Source of the DNA: Chitinophagales bacterium
Lineage (GTDB): Bacteria; Bacteroidota; Bacteroidia; Chitinophagales; JADIYW01
Reading direction: 5' to 3'
Assembly (NCBI GenBank): GCA_046329785.1
Contig: JAXLTZ010000008.1
Span: 62,493 to 126,492 of the forward strand
DNA length: 64,000 nucleotides
The notes under the pieces are model-generated. The model had not been told where the DNA came from, did no database searches, and saw only the letters and a program-made list of their open reading frames with translations. This document shows, piece by piece, positions 28,796-39,094 of this stretch. Position 1 is the stretch's first letter, and every line of letters begins with the position of its first letter. The translations under genes were made by a program, and so were the position numbers.

Positions 28796-29764
28796 ATGCC
28801 TTTAGATACTTACGAAAGTACATTTCAACAATTCTCTGAAACAACATCGGAAGACTGGAAGAATAAAATCATTAAAGATTTAAAAGGCGAAGCATTTGAT
28901 AAATTAATCTGGCATACAAAAGAAGGAATCGAAATCTTGCCATTTTATACAAAAGCCGACAATAAAAAATATCAGCTTACTATTCCTGCAAAACAAACTA
29001 CATCTTGGATTATTACAGAAAAAATTATTGTTGATAATTTTGAAGAAGCGAATAAACAAGCGTTATCTGCTTTAGAATACGGTGCTGAAAGAATTGTGTT
29101 TGACTTGCAACATAAAGTACCGGACAAAGGTGAAGTAGAGATGTTGTTAAAAGGTATTTTGTTAGATGTTGCTCCTGTATGTTTTGAAAATTATAAGGAA
29201 GAAAATAAAACTCTTTTAGAGTCGTTTGCAAAAAAGAGTTGCGTGCAAATAATTAAAATTCAGCAACAAACTACCATTACTGATGAACTGGTCGAAGCGT
29301 TGCAACAAGCATTACGTAATGAAACTTTTGATTTACATGTTCATTTTTACATTGGTCAAAATTATTTCTTTGATATTGCTAAATTGCGTGCATTTCGCTG
29401 GTTATGGAAACAAGTTTGTGATTTGAAAAATCAACCTTATCATATTTTTATTCAATGTGAAACAAGTGTAAATAATTTTAGTAAAGAATATGAATACAGC
29501 AACATACTGCGCAACACAACTTCTGCAATGAGTGCGGTACTGGGTGGTTGTGATAGTTTAATAATTAACAGTCATGATGCTGGAAAGAAGAATACGGAAT
29601 TTGGCAAACGCATCGCAAGAAATATAAATCACATTTTACAACACGAATCTTACTTCAACAGTCCCGAAGTTTCTGAAAATGATGCGGCTAAAGGAAGCTA
29701 TTATATTGAATATCTGACATATCAATTGTGCAAGAAAAGCTGGGAAAAATTCAGTAAACTTTAA
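28796..29764 (+). CDS. methylmalonyl-CoA mutase small-subunit-like protein, short form (barrel part only)
   Basis: 322 aa. The N-terminus ..FSETTSEDWKNKIIKDLKGEAFDKLIWHTKEGIEILPFYTKAD and the later RNTTSAMSAVLGGCDSL resemble MutA/MCM substrate-barrel motifs. No B12-binding-like C-domain and no adjacent large subunit. Confidence 0.6.
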   Translation: MPLDTYESTFQQFSETTSEDWKNKIIKDLKGEAFDKLIWHTKEGIEILPFYTKADNKKYQLTIPAKQTTSWIITEKIIVDNFEEANKQALSALEYGAERIVFDLQHKVPDKGEVEMLLKGILLDVAPVCFENYKEENKTLLESFAKKSCVQIIKIQQQTTITDELVEALQQALRNETFDLHVHFYIGQNYFFDIAKLRAFRWLWKQVCDLKNQPYHIFIQCETSVNNFSKEYEYSNILRNTTSAMSAVLGGCDSLIINSHDAGKKNTEFGKRIARNINHILQHESYFNSPEVSENDAAKGSYYIEYLTYQLCKKSWEKFSKL

Positions 29765-29865
29765 TCAATAGAGAACTTTTCTAGCTTCTTATCCTAAATC
29801 TATTTAATTAGTCATTTCTAATTACTAAATTCATGTTTCATAAATTTAAACTCTTAACTCAATAA

Positions 29866-31455
29866 ATGGCAACTCAAACATACGACTACGATTATGTAAT
29901 TATTGGAAGCGGCTTTGGCGGTTCGGTTTCTGCATTGCGATTATCAGAAAAAGGCTATAAAGTTTTGGTTATAGAAAAAGGGAAGTGGCTCCAGGCAAAA
30001 GATTTTCCTGAAACAAACTGGAATCTGCGTAAGTTTTTTTGGTTGCCTGCATTAAAAATGCAGGGTTTGTTTAAACTAACGTATTACAGACATGTCGCAA
30101 TTGTAAGCGGCGTTGGCGTTGGCGGTGGTTCATTAGTCTATGCGAATACATTGCCGATTCCTAAAACAGAATTTTATAATTCCGGAAATTGGAATGGACT
30201 CGAAAATTGGGAAGAAGATTTGAAACCATACTATGCTACTGCATTAAGAATGTTAGGAGCCGACAAACATCCTTACATGAGCAGAAATGATAAGGCGATG
30301 CAACAGTTGGCAGCGAATATCGGATGTCCTGAAAAATTTGATAAAACAAATGTGGCTGTGTATTTCGGTAAAGTTGGAGTCACCGTTCCGGATCCTTATT
30401 TCGATGGAAAAGGACCTGACCGAACAGGCTGTAATTTATGTGGTGGTTGTATGCTTGGTTGTCGTTTCAATGCAAAAAATACATTAGATAAAAACTACCT
30501 GCATTTAGCACAGCAGCTTGGCGCGGAAATTATTGCAGAAAAAGAAGTATACGACGTTGTTCCTTTAAGTGAAGACGGAAGCAACGGTTATGAAATTAGA
30601 TACAAAGATTCATTATCTTATTTTCCGAAAAAAGGAAGCGTAAAAGCAAAGGGAGTAATATTTGCAGGAGGTGTTTTAGGCACTGTAGATTTGTTATTGA
30701 AAATAAAAGATTCTTCATTGCCAAACTTATCTTCAAAAGTTGGCGCAGGTGTACGCACCAATTCTGAAAGTTTAATTGGTGTAACAACATACGATAAAGA
30801 TGTTTCCTTCTCCGAAGGTATAGCCATTGGTTCCATCATCAATATTGATGATCATACACATCTTGAACCGGTGAAATATTCAGAAGGTGCAGGTTTTTGG
30901 CGCATACTTATGGCACCTATGGTTCATGGCAGCAATATTGCTGTTCGTTTTTTCAGAATGGTGAAAGATTTTGTCATGCATCCCATAAATAATTTTAAAG
31001 TATTTTTTGTAGATGACTGGAGTAAGAAAACACAAATCATGTTGTATATGGAAAGTATCGATTCTACTTTGAGTTTTAAGCGCGGTATGTTTGGAAGAAT
31101 GAAAACAAAATTAGAATCCGGTCCTGCTCCAACGGCATTCAATCCGAAAGCCCAGGAGTTGGCACATGAAATGGAGAAAATCATAAACGGAAAAGCAATG
31201 GTTATGAATACGGAAACTTTATTTGGAATTCCTACTACGGCGCATATTTTAGGCGGCGCATGCATGGGTAAAGATGCAAGTGAAGGCGTAATTGATAAAG
31301 ATAATAAAGTTTTTAATTACAAAAATATGATGGTTTGTGATGGAAGTATGATATCAGCGAATCCCGGAGTAAATCCGAGCTTGAGTATTACTGCTATTTC
31401 CGAAAGAGCCATGACAAAAATTCCGTTGAAAATAGATAATCCTGAATTTAATTAA
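29866..31455 (+). CDS. GMC-family FAD oxidoreductase (cholesterol-oxidase-like)
   Basis: 529 aa. N-terminal YDYVIIGSGFGGSVSALRLSEKGYKVLVIEKG and a C-terminal GMC region ..TAHILGGACMG...VCDGSMISANPGVNPSLSITAISERA. Confidence 0.88.
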   Translation: MATQTYDYDYVIIGSGFGGSVSALRLSEKGYKVLVIEKGKWLQAKDFPETNWNLRKFFWLPALKMQGLFKLTYYRHVAIVSGVGVGGGSLVYANTLPIPKTEFYNSGNWNGLENWEEDLKPYYATALRMLGADKHPYMSRNDKAMQQLAANIGCPEKFDKTNVAVYFGKVGVTVPDPYFDGKGPDRTGCNLCGGCMLGCRFNAKNTLDKNYLHLAQQLGAEIIAEKEVYDVVPLSEDGSNGYEIRYKDSLSYFPKKGSVKAKGVIFAGGVLGTVDLLLKIKDSSLPNLSSKVGAGVRTNSESLIGVTTYDKDVSFSEGIAIGSIINIDDHTHLEPVKYSEGAGFWRILMAPMVHGSNIAVRFFRMVKDFVMHPINNFKVFFVDDWSKKTQIMLYMESIDSTLSFKRGMFGRMKTKLESGPAPTAFNPKAQELAHEMEKIINGKAMVMNTETLFGIPTTAHILGGACMGKDASEGVIDKDNKVFNYKNMMVCDGSMISANPGVNPSLSITAISERAMTKIPLKIDNPEFN

Positions 31456-32856
31456 ATGAAGTTTAAAATTTTATACTTCTTTATCCTGATTTTTTGTGTG
31501 ACCAATTTGGAAGCACAAAAATATTTCCAAACAACCTGGCAAAACCAATCACGCAAGGCAATAGTCTATTTGCCACATAATTTTAATGAGAATGAAAATT
31601 TGCCAGTTGTCATAAATATGCATGGATTCTTAACAACAGCTCAGTTTCAGTTTGATTATACACAATTTCATAAACTGGCAGATTCAGTTCGTTGTATTGT
31701 TATTTATCCGGAAGGAGTGGGCTTGCGATGGAATTCAGGCACTTTCTTTTTTGTTCCCTCTTCTGTAGATGACGTAGGATTTATAGGTGATTGGTTGGAC
31801 AGAGCTGCTGTCTTATATAATGCAAATCTAAAAGAAGCATATTCAATGGGTTATTCAGCAGGTGGTTTTATGAGTTATAAATTAGCCTGCGATGCAACAA
31901 ACAGAATTGCGGCTATTGCTCCAAATGTGGCCAGTATGGTAAATGATAATTTGAGTTCTTGTGTGCCTGCACGACCGATAAATATTGCTGCATTTAATGG
32001 ATTGGCTGATCCGATTACACCTTATAATGGTTTCCCCGGTAATTTTCCCGGTATAGATTCAATAAAACATTTCTGGTAAATAAAAAATGGATGTGACATA
32101 ATTCCAATTGTAGATACTATGCCTGATTTGGCAAATGATGGAACCAGGGTAGTTAGATATACCTATGTAAATTGCGATCAACAAACTGAACAGGTATATT
32201 ACAAGATAATAGACGGAGGCCATGTTTGGCCCGGTGCTGCGAATATTTTCTTTAATATCTTAGGTAAGACTACACAAGATATTTCTATGAATAAAGTAGC
32301 ATGGAACTTTTTTAAAACAAAAGAAATTTCCAGTACAGTTATATGCAGTGCCCCTCAGAATTTAAATGAAATAGCTGTTTCTTCAGATTCTTTTCAGGTA
32401 AGTTGGAGTTTGGTTCCCGGTGTGAGTACATATAAGCTCGCGTTAGCTGACGATAGCGATAGAGTTACATTCTTTGAAACAACAGCCTCTTCATTTGGGT
32501 TTAAAATAAATCCTGCCAAAAAATATAGATGGAATGTTGCTTCATTGTGCAACAGTGGTTTTCACAATTGGAATAAGACCAAAGCATTAAACTATACATT
32601 GACATTTATAAAAAATAAGACAGAAAATAGATTTAAGATATATCCGAATCCAAGTATGGATTTTATAAATGTTGATTTGCCGGTAAATGAACTACGGAAT
32701 GCAACAATTCGTGTTATAAATTCTGTTGGTGAAATAGTAAAATCTAAGGTTTTGGAAGGTAATGTACTAAAGATACATGATTTACCTGCCGGTATTTATC
32801 AGCTTCAGATAGAAAACGAAACTCAAAATTATACAACTTCATTTATAAAACAATAA
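31456..32856 (+). pseudogene. PHB-depolymerase-family (LpqC-like) esterase with Fn3-like module and T9SS type-A sorting domain, interrupted by one in-frame TAA (32077-32079)
   Basis: Track ORFs 31456-32079 and 32119-32856 share one frame. Reading through gives ..IDSIKHFW*IKNGCDIIPIVDTMPDL.., which keeps the esterase domain continuous. Nucleophile elbow GYSAGG, later GGHVWPG. C-terminus IYPNPSMDFINVDL...AGIYQLQIENETQNYTTSFIKQ. The ATG directly abuts the GMC stop (TAAATG). Confidence 0.75.
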
Positions 32857-32899
32857 AACGGATACATCCCAATAGCTTACTACTGCAATGTATCCGTTT
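32856..32899. terminator. bidirectional hairpin terminator between convergent genes
   Basis: Perfect 12-bp stem AAACGGATACAT / ATGTATCCGTTT with a 20-nt loop. It overlaps the esterase stop codon. Confidence 0.65.
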
Positions 32900-32929
32900 A
32901 TGATTGGTTGGTGGTATTATTTTGTAGGC

Positions 32930-33796
32930 TTAATCGTATTTTACTACAAATGCATCCTTATACTTTTCAGAGATAACTGATTTCAATGCATCTGCATATG
33001 CGCGGTTCTGATATTTTCCAATAAATAACTTATAAACGGTTTTGCCATTTAAATCTTCTTGCTCAACCAGTAATGTTTGTTTGTATTTTGCTTCTAATTC
33101 AGCAATTATTGAAAAGATGACATTCATGTCAGAAAATACGCCTAATTGTAATCCGTAAAATCCGCTTTTCGTTTTATCTAATCGTGTAATGATATAATAA
33201 GGGGAGCGATTCTGAATGCCATTTAAATTAGCCTCCTTTATTTCAATAGCAGGCTGTGGTTCCGGCGTTTCATCTTTTTCAACGGAAGTTGTTGCTTTTG
33301 TTTTTGTATCATTTGACACAGAAATATCTTCACTCAATTTCATATCAGTATCAGAAGCTGATGTTGAAACAGAATCATATTCTTTAATTCCATTTTGTTT
33401 GGCAATATCTAATGAAGCATTCAGCAAATCTGAAGGGGCAGATTCTTTATTGACTACTTCAATCTTAACGTAAGCAGTACCTTTATTTCTATAACCTAAT
33501 AACTCTGCTGCTTTTGTTGACAAGTCTATAACTCTTCCTTTTATGTATGGACCTCTGTCATTTACTTTTACATAAACAGACTTATTATTTTGTGCGTTGG
33601 TTACTTTTAGTACTGTACCTAATGGGAATGTTTTGTGTGCGGCAGTCAATGCAAACTGATTATATTTTTCGCCACTTGCTGTTGACTTTCCATGAAATTG
33701 GGTGCCATAATAAGAAGCAACTCCATATTCGGTTTGCGCCGACATCGTGATAAAAAACGAGAAGATAAATACTATACTTGCAATTACTTTTTTCAT
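32930..33796 (-). CDS. rlpA: septal-ring lytic transglycosylase RlpA-family protein with C-terminal SPOR domain
   Basis: ATG 33796 gives signal peptide MKKVIASIVFIFSFFITMSAQ. DPBB core: GVASYYGTQFHGKSTASGEKYNQFALTAAHKTFPLGTVLKVTN...VYVKVNDRGPYIKGRVIDLS. SPOR-like C-terminus: YGLQLGVFSD...YKLFIGKYQNRAYADAL. Confidence 0.88.
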   Translation of the reverse strand: MKKVIASIVFIFSFFITMSAQTEYGVASYYGTQFHGKSTASGEKYNQFALTAAHKTFPLGTVLKVTNAQNNKSVYVKVNDRGPYIKGRVIDLSTKAAELLGYRNKGTAYVKIEVVNKESAPSDLLNASLDIAKQNGIKEYDSVSTSASDTDMKLSEDISVSNDTKTKATTSVEKDETPEPQPAIEIKEANLNGIQNRSPYYIITRLDKTKSGFYGLQLGVFSDMNVIFSIIAELEAKYKQTLLVEQEDLNGKTVYKLFIGKYQNRAYADALKSVISEKYKDAFVVKYD

Positions 33797-33863
33797 GGCA
33801 AACTTGGTTTTAGTGAAACTTGTTTTTTGCCCAAAAATCTTTTGCAAAGATACTGCCACGTTT

Positions 33864-34511
33864 TTACGGCTCTGTTAACTCGTCACAGAGTTGCAATAAA
33901 GGTTCGGTTAAAATAGCGTGACCGCCTTTGTAAAAAATATGTGAAAATGTTAAGCCTGCGTTATCTAAATCTTTTAAAACCTTTTCATAAATTTCTTTAG
34001 TAATGAATTCATCTTCATCACCTACCAATAAATAAGGAGACATGGAATTTAATTGATCTATGTCATTCAAACAGTCGTTTGGTATGTTGCCACCCCAAAA
34101 TACAATGCGGTTCAATCGGTTATGTGTTCTGGTTGCCCATCTTGCTATGGTGGCAGCGCCTTGAGAAAAGCCTAAACCAACGATTTTTGCGTCTGTATGT
34201 AAAATTAATGTTTCATAAACCTTATCTAAGTATTTAATATAGTCTTTTATCTCATTTTCGCGGTCTTCTGTAGTCATCCAGGATGCTCCTACTCTGCCAC
34301 TCATATCTTTTAGATAAAAGCGGTTTAAGGCCTCAGGTACAATGACAAAATGCTCCTCAGGATTAAGTTCTTCAAATTTTTTGATAAAAAACTCAGCCAA
34401 AAAACCATAACCATGCGTAACTATCCAGACCAACTTTGTCTTTTCTGTTAAAGTGCCATGCGTAAATACGCGAGCTGTTTTTTGTGTGACGATGGAATGA
34501 GTTTGGATCAT
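33864..34511 (-). CDS. alpha/beta-fold hydrolase (carboxylesterase-like)
   Basis: 215 aa with nucleophile elbow GFSQGAA. Later Asp and His candidates are GDEDEF and GGHAI. Confidence 0.75.
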   Translation of the reverse strand: MIQTHSIVTQKTARVFTHGTLTEKTKLVWIVTHGYGFLAEFFIKKFEELNPEEHFVIVPEALNRFYLKDMSGRVGASWMTTEDRENEIKDYIKYLDKVYETLILHTDAKIVGLGFSQGAATIARWATRTHNRLNRIVFWGGNIPNDCLNDIDQLNSMSPYLLVGDEDEFITKEIYEKVLKDLDNAGLTFSHIFYKGGHAILTEPLLQLCDELTEP

Positions 34512-34575
34512 TTTTGCTATTTGTAACCCAAATTAATTTAAAAAGCAGTATTTTTTCGGAATCATTATCAACAAT

Positions 34576-34959
34576 ATGAGAGATTACAAGAAATATTACA
34601 TTATAAATGCGGCACCTGACATGTTATTTTTAGCATTAACTAATCCAACTATTATAAAACTATGGAGCGGCGATGATGCAGAAATGTCAACAGAACCTGA
34701 TAGTGAGTTTTCTTTATGGTCCGGAAATATATGCGGTAAAAATTTAGAGTTTGTTGAAAATAAAAAAATTGTGCAGGAATGGTATTTCGGTGAACAGGAA
34801 GAAAAATCAATCGTTACTATTTTGCTGCACGAACATGCAAAAGGTACTTCCGTAGAATTGCGTCATATTAATATCCCTGATGAGGTATATGATGAAATGG
34901 TAGAAGGCTGGAATGATATGTATTTTGGTGCATTACAGGATTTTTATGAAGAAGGATAA
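34576..34959 (+). CDS. SRPBCC-superfamily protein (AHSA1/START-like)
   Basis: 127 aa. The pattern ..LFLALTNPTIIKLWSG....E...GSEFSLW.G.I.G...E......IVQEW is typical of the Aha1-like family. Confidence 0.7.
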   Translation: MRDYKKYYIINAAPDMLFLALTNPTIIKLWSGDDAEMSTEPDSEFSLWSGNICGKNLEFVENKKIVQEWYFGEQEEKSIVTILLHEHAKGTSVELRHINIPDEVYDEMVEGWNDMYFGALQDFYEEG

Positions 34960-34972
34960 AACAATCAGATAA

Positions 34973-35731
34973 ATGGAATATAAAGATATTATAGTAGAGC
35001 AACAAGATGTGATTACTGTTATCACACTTAATCGGCCTGCATCCTTAAATGCATTAACACCATTAATGATTCAGGAGCTAAAGCAAGCATTTACAATTAT
35101 ATCTGCTGATACAAATTGTAAAGTTGTAATTCTGAAAGGTGCCGGTAGGGCTTTTTCTGCAGGAGTGGATTTAAAAGCCATGAATGAATCATTGGTCGGC
35201 GGACAATTTACCCAATACCAAATTATTCAGGAAGGAAACGATTTGGCAAACATTATAAGAAAAATGCCGCAGCCTGCAATAGTACAGATTCATGGTCATT
35301 GCTATACAGGAGCTACCGAATTGATGATGTTTTTTGATTTAATTATTACAGCTGATGATGCTAAGATTGGCGATACACATGCAAAATGGGGAATTCTTCC
35401 AACCTGGGGTATGACGCAACGCTTACCAAGACTGGTTGGTATCAATAAAGCCAAAGAACTGTCGTTTACATGTAAACCAATTACAGGAAAAGAAGCAGAA
35501 AGAATTGGATTAGTAAATCGTTCAGTACCTTTTGAAGAGTTGGATAAAACAGTACTGGAAATAGCGAACGATATTCTACAAAACTCTGCACAAACTATAG
35601 CAGCTTTGAAGCATTTGTATAACGAAGGTATACATACTACTTTGGAGGAAGGGCTGAAAATAGAAACCAATTATAAAACAATAATAACCGACAGAACAGA
35701 ATTCTTACGGGCATTCGAAAAAAATAAGTAA
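34973..35731 (+). CDS. enoyl-CoA hydratase/isomerase (crotonase) family protein
   Basis: 252 aa. LNRPASLNALT, KGAGRAFSAGVDLK, and the oxyanion-hole region HGHCYTGATELMMFFD. Confidence 0.88.
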   Translation: MEYKDIIVEQQDVITVITLNRPASLNALTPLMIQELKQAFTIISADTNCKVVILKGAGRAFSAGVDLKAMNESLVGGQFTQYQIIQEGNDLANIIRKMPQPAIVQIHGHCYTGATELMMFFDLIITADDAKIGDTHAKWGILPTWGMTQRLPRLVGINKAKELSFTCKPITGKEAERIGLVNRSVPFEELDKTVLEIANDILQNSAQTIAALKHLYNEGIHTTLEEGLKIETNYKTIITDRTEFLRAFEKNK

Positions 35732-35737
35732 TTGATT

Positions 35738-38491
35738 CTATTCTTGTTTTAAAATCTTTCTTACTGCTATCCCATTTGAGTTTTCAATAGAAATAAAATA
35801 GATATCGTTTGCCAATGTTGAAAGAGAAATAGTTTTCTCTAAATAGCTGTTCACTATCTTTAATTCATCTGTAAATAATATTTGCCCGATTACATTTCTT
35901 ACAGCGAGTTTGTAAATTCCGTTTTCAATTCCTGAACCTTTGATAGTTAGTATACCATTTGTCGGATTTGGATACAGTTCAAATGCAGTTATAAAATTTG
36001 TTGAGTTTTTAATACCTACTAATGAAGCAGAGAATGATACTGATGTCGCTGAAGTGCAACCACCTTTTATTACTTTAACTGTATAACTGCCTCCAACCGG
36101 TATTTTGTAATAAGGTGTATTTGTTGTCTGAACTAAACTTGCGCCTAAATACCATTCATAACTTGCTCCTACTACTACCGTGCTGCTGTACAAGGTATCA
36201 TTGCTTTGTGTAATACCCGGTGTCGAAGGTGTTGCTTTTACTGTTAAGCTATATGTTGCCGATGCTGCTGTACATGGGCTGCCATTCGGATTGTTCGTAG
36301 TCACTGTTATCGTTACTGTATTGCCCGCATCTCCTGCTGCCGGTGTATATGTGAAGCTAAATGGTGAACTATTGGCACTGCTGATGTTTAATGTACCAGC
36401 TCCATCCTCAGATAAACTTACATTCGTAGCACTTCCACCAAACGTATTGCCGGTAACTGTTATTGCACTGCTGCTGCATGTACTGCCACTACTACTGCTC
36501 AAACTTACTGTCGGTGGACTCGAACATCCACAACTATTCACCGTTATGGTTCCCGTAGCGGTTGCCTGCGTACAGGTTCCAGTAGTAGTTACGGTATATG
36601 TAAACGTTCCTGTTGCACTTGGTGTACCACTTATCGTGAACGTACCTCCTGCAAAACTGCCCGTTACGCCTGCCGGTAAGCCCGTTACACCTGCTCCTGT
36701 TCCGCCTCCTGTTACAGAGTATGTGATATTCGTTATCGCCTGACCGGAACATTTCGTTTGTGCATTCGTACCACCTGCTGAAGTTAACGCTATCGCTGCA
36801 TTTGGAGTTACGGTAATAGTTCCTGTAGCGGTTGCCTGCGTACAGGTTCCCGTAGTGGTTACCGTATATGTAAACGTGCCTGTAGCACTTGGTGTACCAC
36901 TTATCGTGAATGTACCGCCTGCAAAACTGCCCGTTACGCCCGCCGGTAAGCCCGTTACTCCTGCTCCTGTTCCGCCTCCTGTTACTGAGTATGTAATATT
37001 CGTTATCGCTGTACCTACACATTTTGTTTGTGCATTCGTACCGCCTGCTGAGCTTAATGCTATCGCTGCATTTGGTTTTACACGTATCGCTTTAGTGGCT
37101 GCTACACTTGGTGTAGCACCTTTGTATGCTATTAAACTTACCGTGAAATTACCTACTGTGTTAAACGTAGGAGTGACGGTTGTGGTAGAGTTCGATGTAC
37201 CCGGAGTACCACCACCTATTGTCCATCGGACTGAGTCAGGACTGCCACTCGAAGCTGTAGATGTATTCGTAAACGTTAATGTACCTCCCACACACACTAC
37301 CGTATCACTCGCCGTGAAACTTGCAGTAGCTGTTGGTGAAGTTACTATATTAAAGTTTTGAAAACAGGTAATTCCGTTATAAGTAGCTTGAAATTTATAG
37401 GTTCCCGCATTTGTTGGTAAAAGTTTAGACCAACCCCAGTAACTTGCTTTATAAAAGGTGGTCGGACTATATGTCCAGCTATTAAAAGTGGTACCATTTG
37501 GATTTAATATTTTTAAGTCAATAGTTGAACCAACTGTAGCATCTCTTAAAAAAATATAAAACTTTGCATAGCCGGCCGGTAAACCCGCACCTTGGAATGG
37601 AATAGTAAAAGATGTGCTTTCATTTGGTGTTTCTGTGGTGGGACAACCGGGCATTACTAAATCAGTTGTATTAGTAGATACTTTCAAAACAGCAGGATCA
37701 ATAGCCGGTTTTTGAGCAACCCACCAACTGTTTGCATTTAATGTATTGCAAGCTCCGGAATAGGGATCTTGTCGTGTTGCATTTGTGCTTCCTGCCCAAA
37801 CTTCAAAATGAAGATGAGGACCTGAAGAACTTCCGGAACTTCCAACAATGCCTAAATATTCACCTGCTACCACGGTTTGTCCAACCGTTTTACTGGTTAC
37901 AGAATTTTTTTTCATATGCCAGTATAAGGCTTCAGAACCATCTGCATGTTGTATAATTATAGAGTTAGCTGTTAAGCTATTGGAGGAACAATTTCTATCG
38001 AAATTTCCATCTGCTTTAGCAATAATAGTACCTGCCGCCGCCGCGACCACTTCCACCTGATTATTATCCATTTTATAAAAACCATAAGGGAAGATTGCTA
38101 TATCAGTTCCACGGTGACCGTCATAAGTATTAGATCCACAACTAAAATCAGTTATAGATGTTGTTGCTGTATTCTGATCTACATAAGCACCGATAAAATG
38201 AAAGCCACAATCTGTAAACCCAGTAGCGGCTTTTAATGGCCAGTTAAGAAGGGTTGTCATTATTCGGTTCTGCGCATGGATATTAATCCCTAACAGACTA
38301 TTATTATGTGCAATTTCTTTTTCTATTTGAAGATATTCCTGTGCTGAAATACATGGATTTACTGCATTATTTTTGTTATAGATATATTCACCACCGGTTG
38401 GGAGTAAAGCATCAACCTTATTTTGAGAACTCAGATGGGAGTAACAAGAAATTAATAGCAAAAAAAATATGTTTGCTAAAACCTTATTCAT
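35738..38491 (-). CDS. secreted M23 (LytM-type) metallopeptidase fused to PKD/Ig-like modules and a T9SS type-A sorting domain
   Basis: 917 aa with a signal peptide. M23 metal motifs HRGTDIA and [11 protein letters not shown]-like module ([20 protein letters not shown]...), two nearly identical 90-aa modules, further Ig-like modules. C-terminus [14 protein letters not shown]...[22 protein letters not shown]. Confidence 0.88.
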   Translation of the reverse strand: MNKVLANIFFLLLISCYSHLSSQNKVDALLPTGGEYIYNKNNAVNPCISAQEYLQIEKEIAHNNSLLGINIHAQNRIMTTLLNWPLKAATGFTDCGFHFIGAYVDQNTATTSITDFSCGSNTYDGHRGTDIAIFPYGFYKMDNNQVEVVAAAAGTIIAKADGNFDRNCSSNSLTANSIIIQHADGSEALYWHMKKNSVTSKTVGQTVVAGEYLGIVGSSGSSSGPHLHFEVWAGSTNATRQDPYSGACNTLNANSWWVAQKPAIDPAVLKVSTNTTDLVMPGCPTTETPNESTSFTIPFQGAGLPAGYAKFYIFLRDATVGSTIDLKILNPNGTTFNSWTYSPTTFYKASYWGWSKLLPTNAGTYKFQATYNGITCFQNFNIVTSPTATASFTASDTVVCVGGTLTFTNTSTASSGSPDSVRWTIGGGTPGTSNSTTTVTPTFNTVGNFTVSLIAYKGATPSVAATKAIRVKPNAAIALSSAGGTNAQTKCVGTAITNITYSVTGGGTGAGVTGLPAGVTGSFAGGTFTISGTPSATGTFTYTVTTTGTCTQATATGTITVTPNAAIALTSAGGTNAQTKCSGQAITNITYSVTGGGTGAGVTGLPAGVTGSFAGGTFTISGTPSATGTFTYTVTTTGTCTQATATGTITVNSCGCSSPPTVSLSSSSGSTCSSSAITVTGNTFGGSATNVSLSEDGAGTLNISSANSSPFSFTYTPAAGDAGNTVTITVTTNNPNGSPCTAASATYSLTVKATPSTPGITQSNDTLYSSTVVVGASYEWYLGASLVQTTNTPYYKIPVGGSYTVKVIKGGCTSATSVSFSASLVGIKNSTNFITAFELYPNPTNGILTIKGSGIENGIYKLAVRNVIGQILFTDELKIVNSYLEKTISLSTLANDIYFISIENSNGIAVRKILKQE
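36541..37080 (-). repeat. tandem 2 x 270-bp in-frame duplication inside the M23 gene
   Basis: GTTGCCTGCG recurs at 36561 and 36831, a period of exactly 270 bp. The encoded 90-aa units ([86 protein letters not shown].) differ at 4 of 90 residues. Confidence 0.95.
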
Positions 38492-38612
38492 AGAAAATGT
38501 TTACGTTTCTTTTTAAAGATAAAGAATAAATTAGACATTAGCCAATATATTATTTAGTGTAATGCTGGAAAAATATAGAAATCGAGTATATTGTATGTAT
38601 TAAATTTTAACA

Positions 38613-39044
38613 ATGACGATCTGGAAAGTAAATAATATTGCTTTAGATGCTTTAAATCATCAAAGCAAAGGAACAATGGTAGAACATCTTGGAATTGAAA
38701 TAATAGAATTGGGTGATGATTTTGTAAAAGCCAAAATGCCGGTTGACCACCGAACAAAACAACCAATGGGTTTGTTGCATGGAGGAGCAAGTGTAGTATT
38801 GGCAGAATCGTTAGGAAGTATGGCAGCCAATTTATGCCTGGATATCTCGAAGGAATATGCGGTAGGACTGGATATAAATTCCAACCATATTAAAAGTGTA
38901 CGAGAGGGTTTTGTAACCGGAATTGCAAGGCCAATACATATTGGCAGCAAGACGCAAGTTTGGGAAATTAAAATTTACGATGAAAAAGACAATCTTATAA
39001 ATATTTCAAGACTGACAATGGCGGTGCTGAGTTATAAGGAGTAG
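38613..39044 (+). CDS. PaaI/YbdB-type hotdog-fold acyl-CoA thioesterase
   Basis: 143 aa. ..LGIEIIELGDDFVKAKMPVDHRTKQPMGLLHGGASVVLAESLGS.., the canonical PaaI-family core. Confidence 0.85.
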   Translation: MTIWKVNNIALDALNHQSKGTMVEHLGIEIIELGDDFVKAKMPVDHRTKQPMGLLHGGASVVLAESLGSMAANLCLDISKEYAVGLDINSNHIKSVREGFVTGIARPIHIGSKTQVWEIKIYDEKDNLINISRLTMAVLSYKE

Positions 39045-39094
39045 AATTAAAAACAATCACTTAGTTTATATTAAATCAATAAATTAGATCTAAT

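Noticed and set aside
32077-32079. In-frame TAA considered as programmed recoding or read-through, or as a genuine boundary between two genes
   Set aside because: TAA is not a selenocysteine or pyrrolysine codon and no recoding signal is evident. The catalytic domain spans the stop, and the downstream ORF's first Met lies 13 codons after it with no signal peptide. A lesion or base-call error is the simpler reading.
36180-37361. Plus- and minus-strand ORFs of 162-187 aa inside the M23 peptidase gene
   Set aside because: They are alternate-frame or antisense products of Gly/Thr/Ala/Val-rich repeat DNA, with low-complexity translations, and they lie entirely within a well-supported 917-aa gene.
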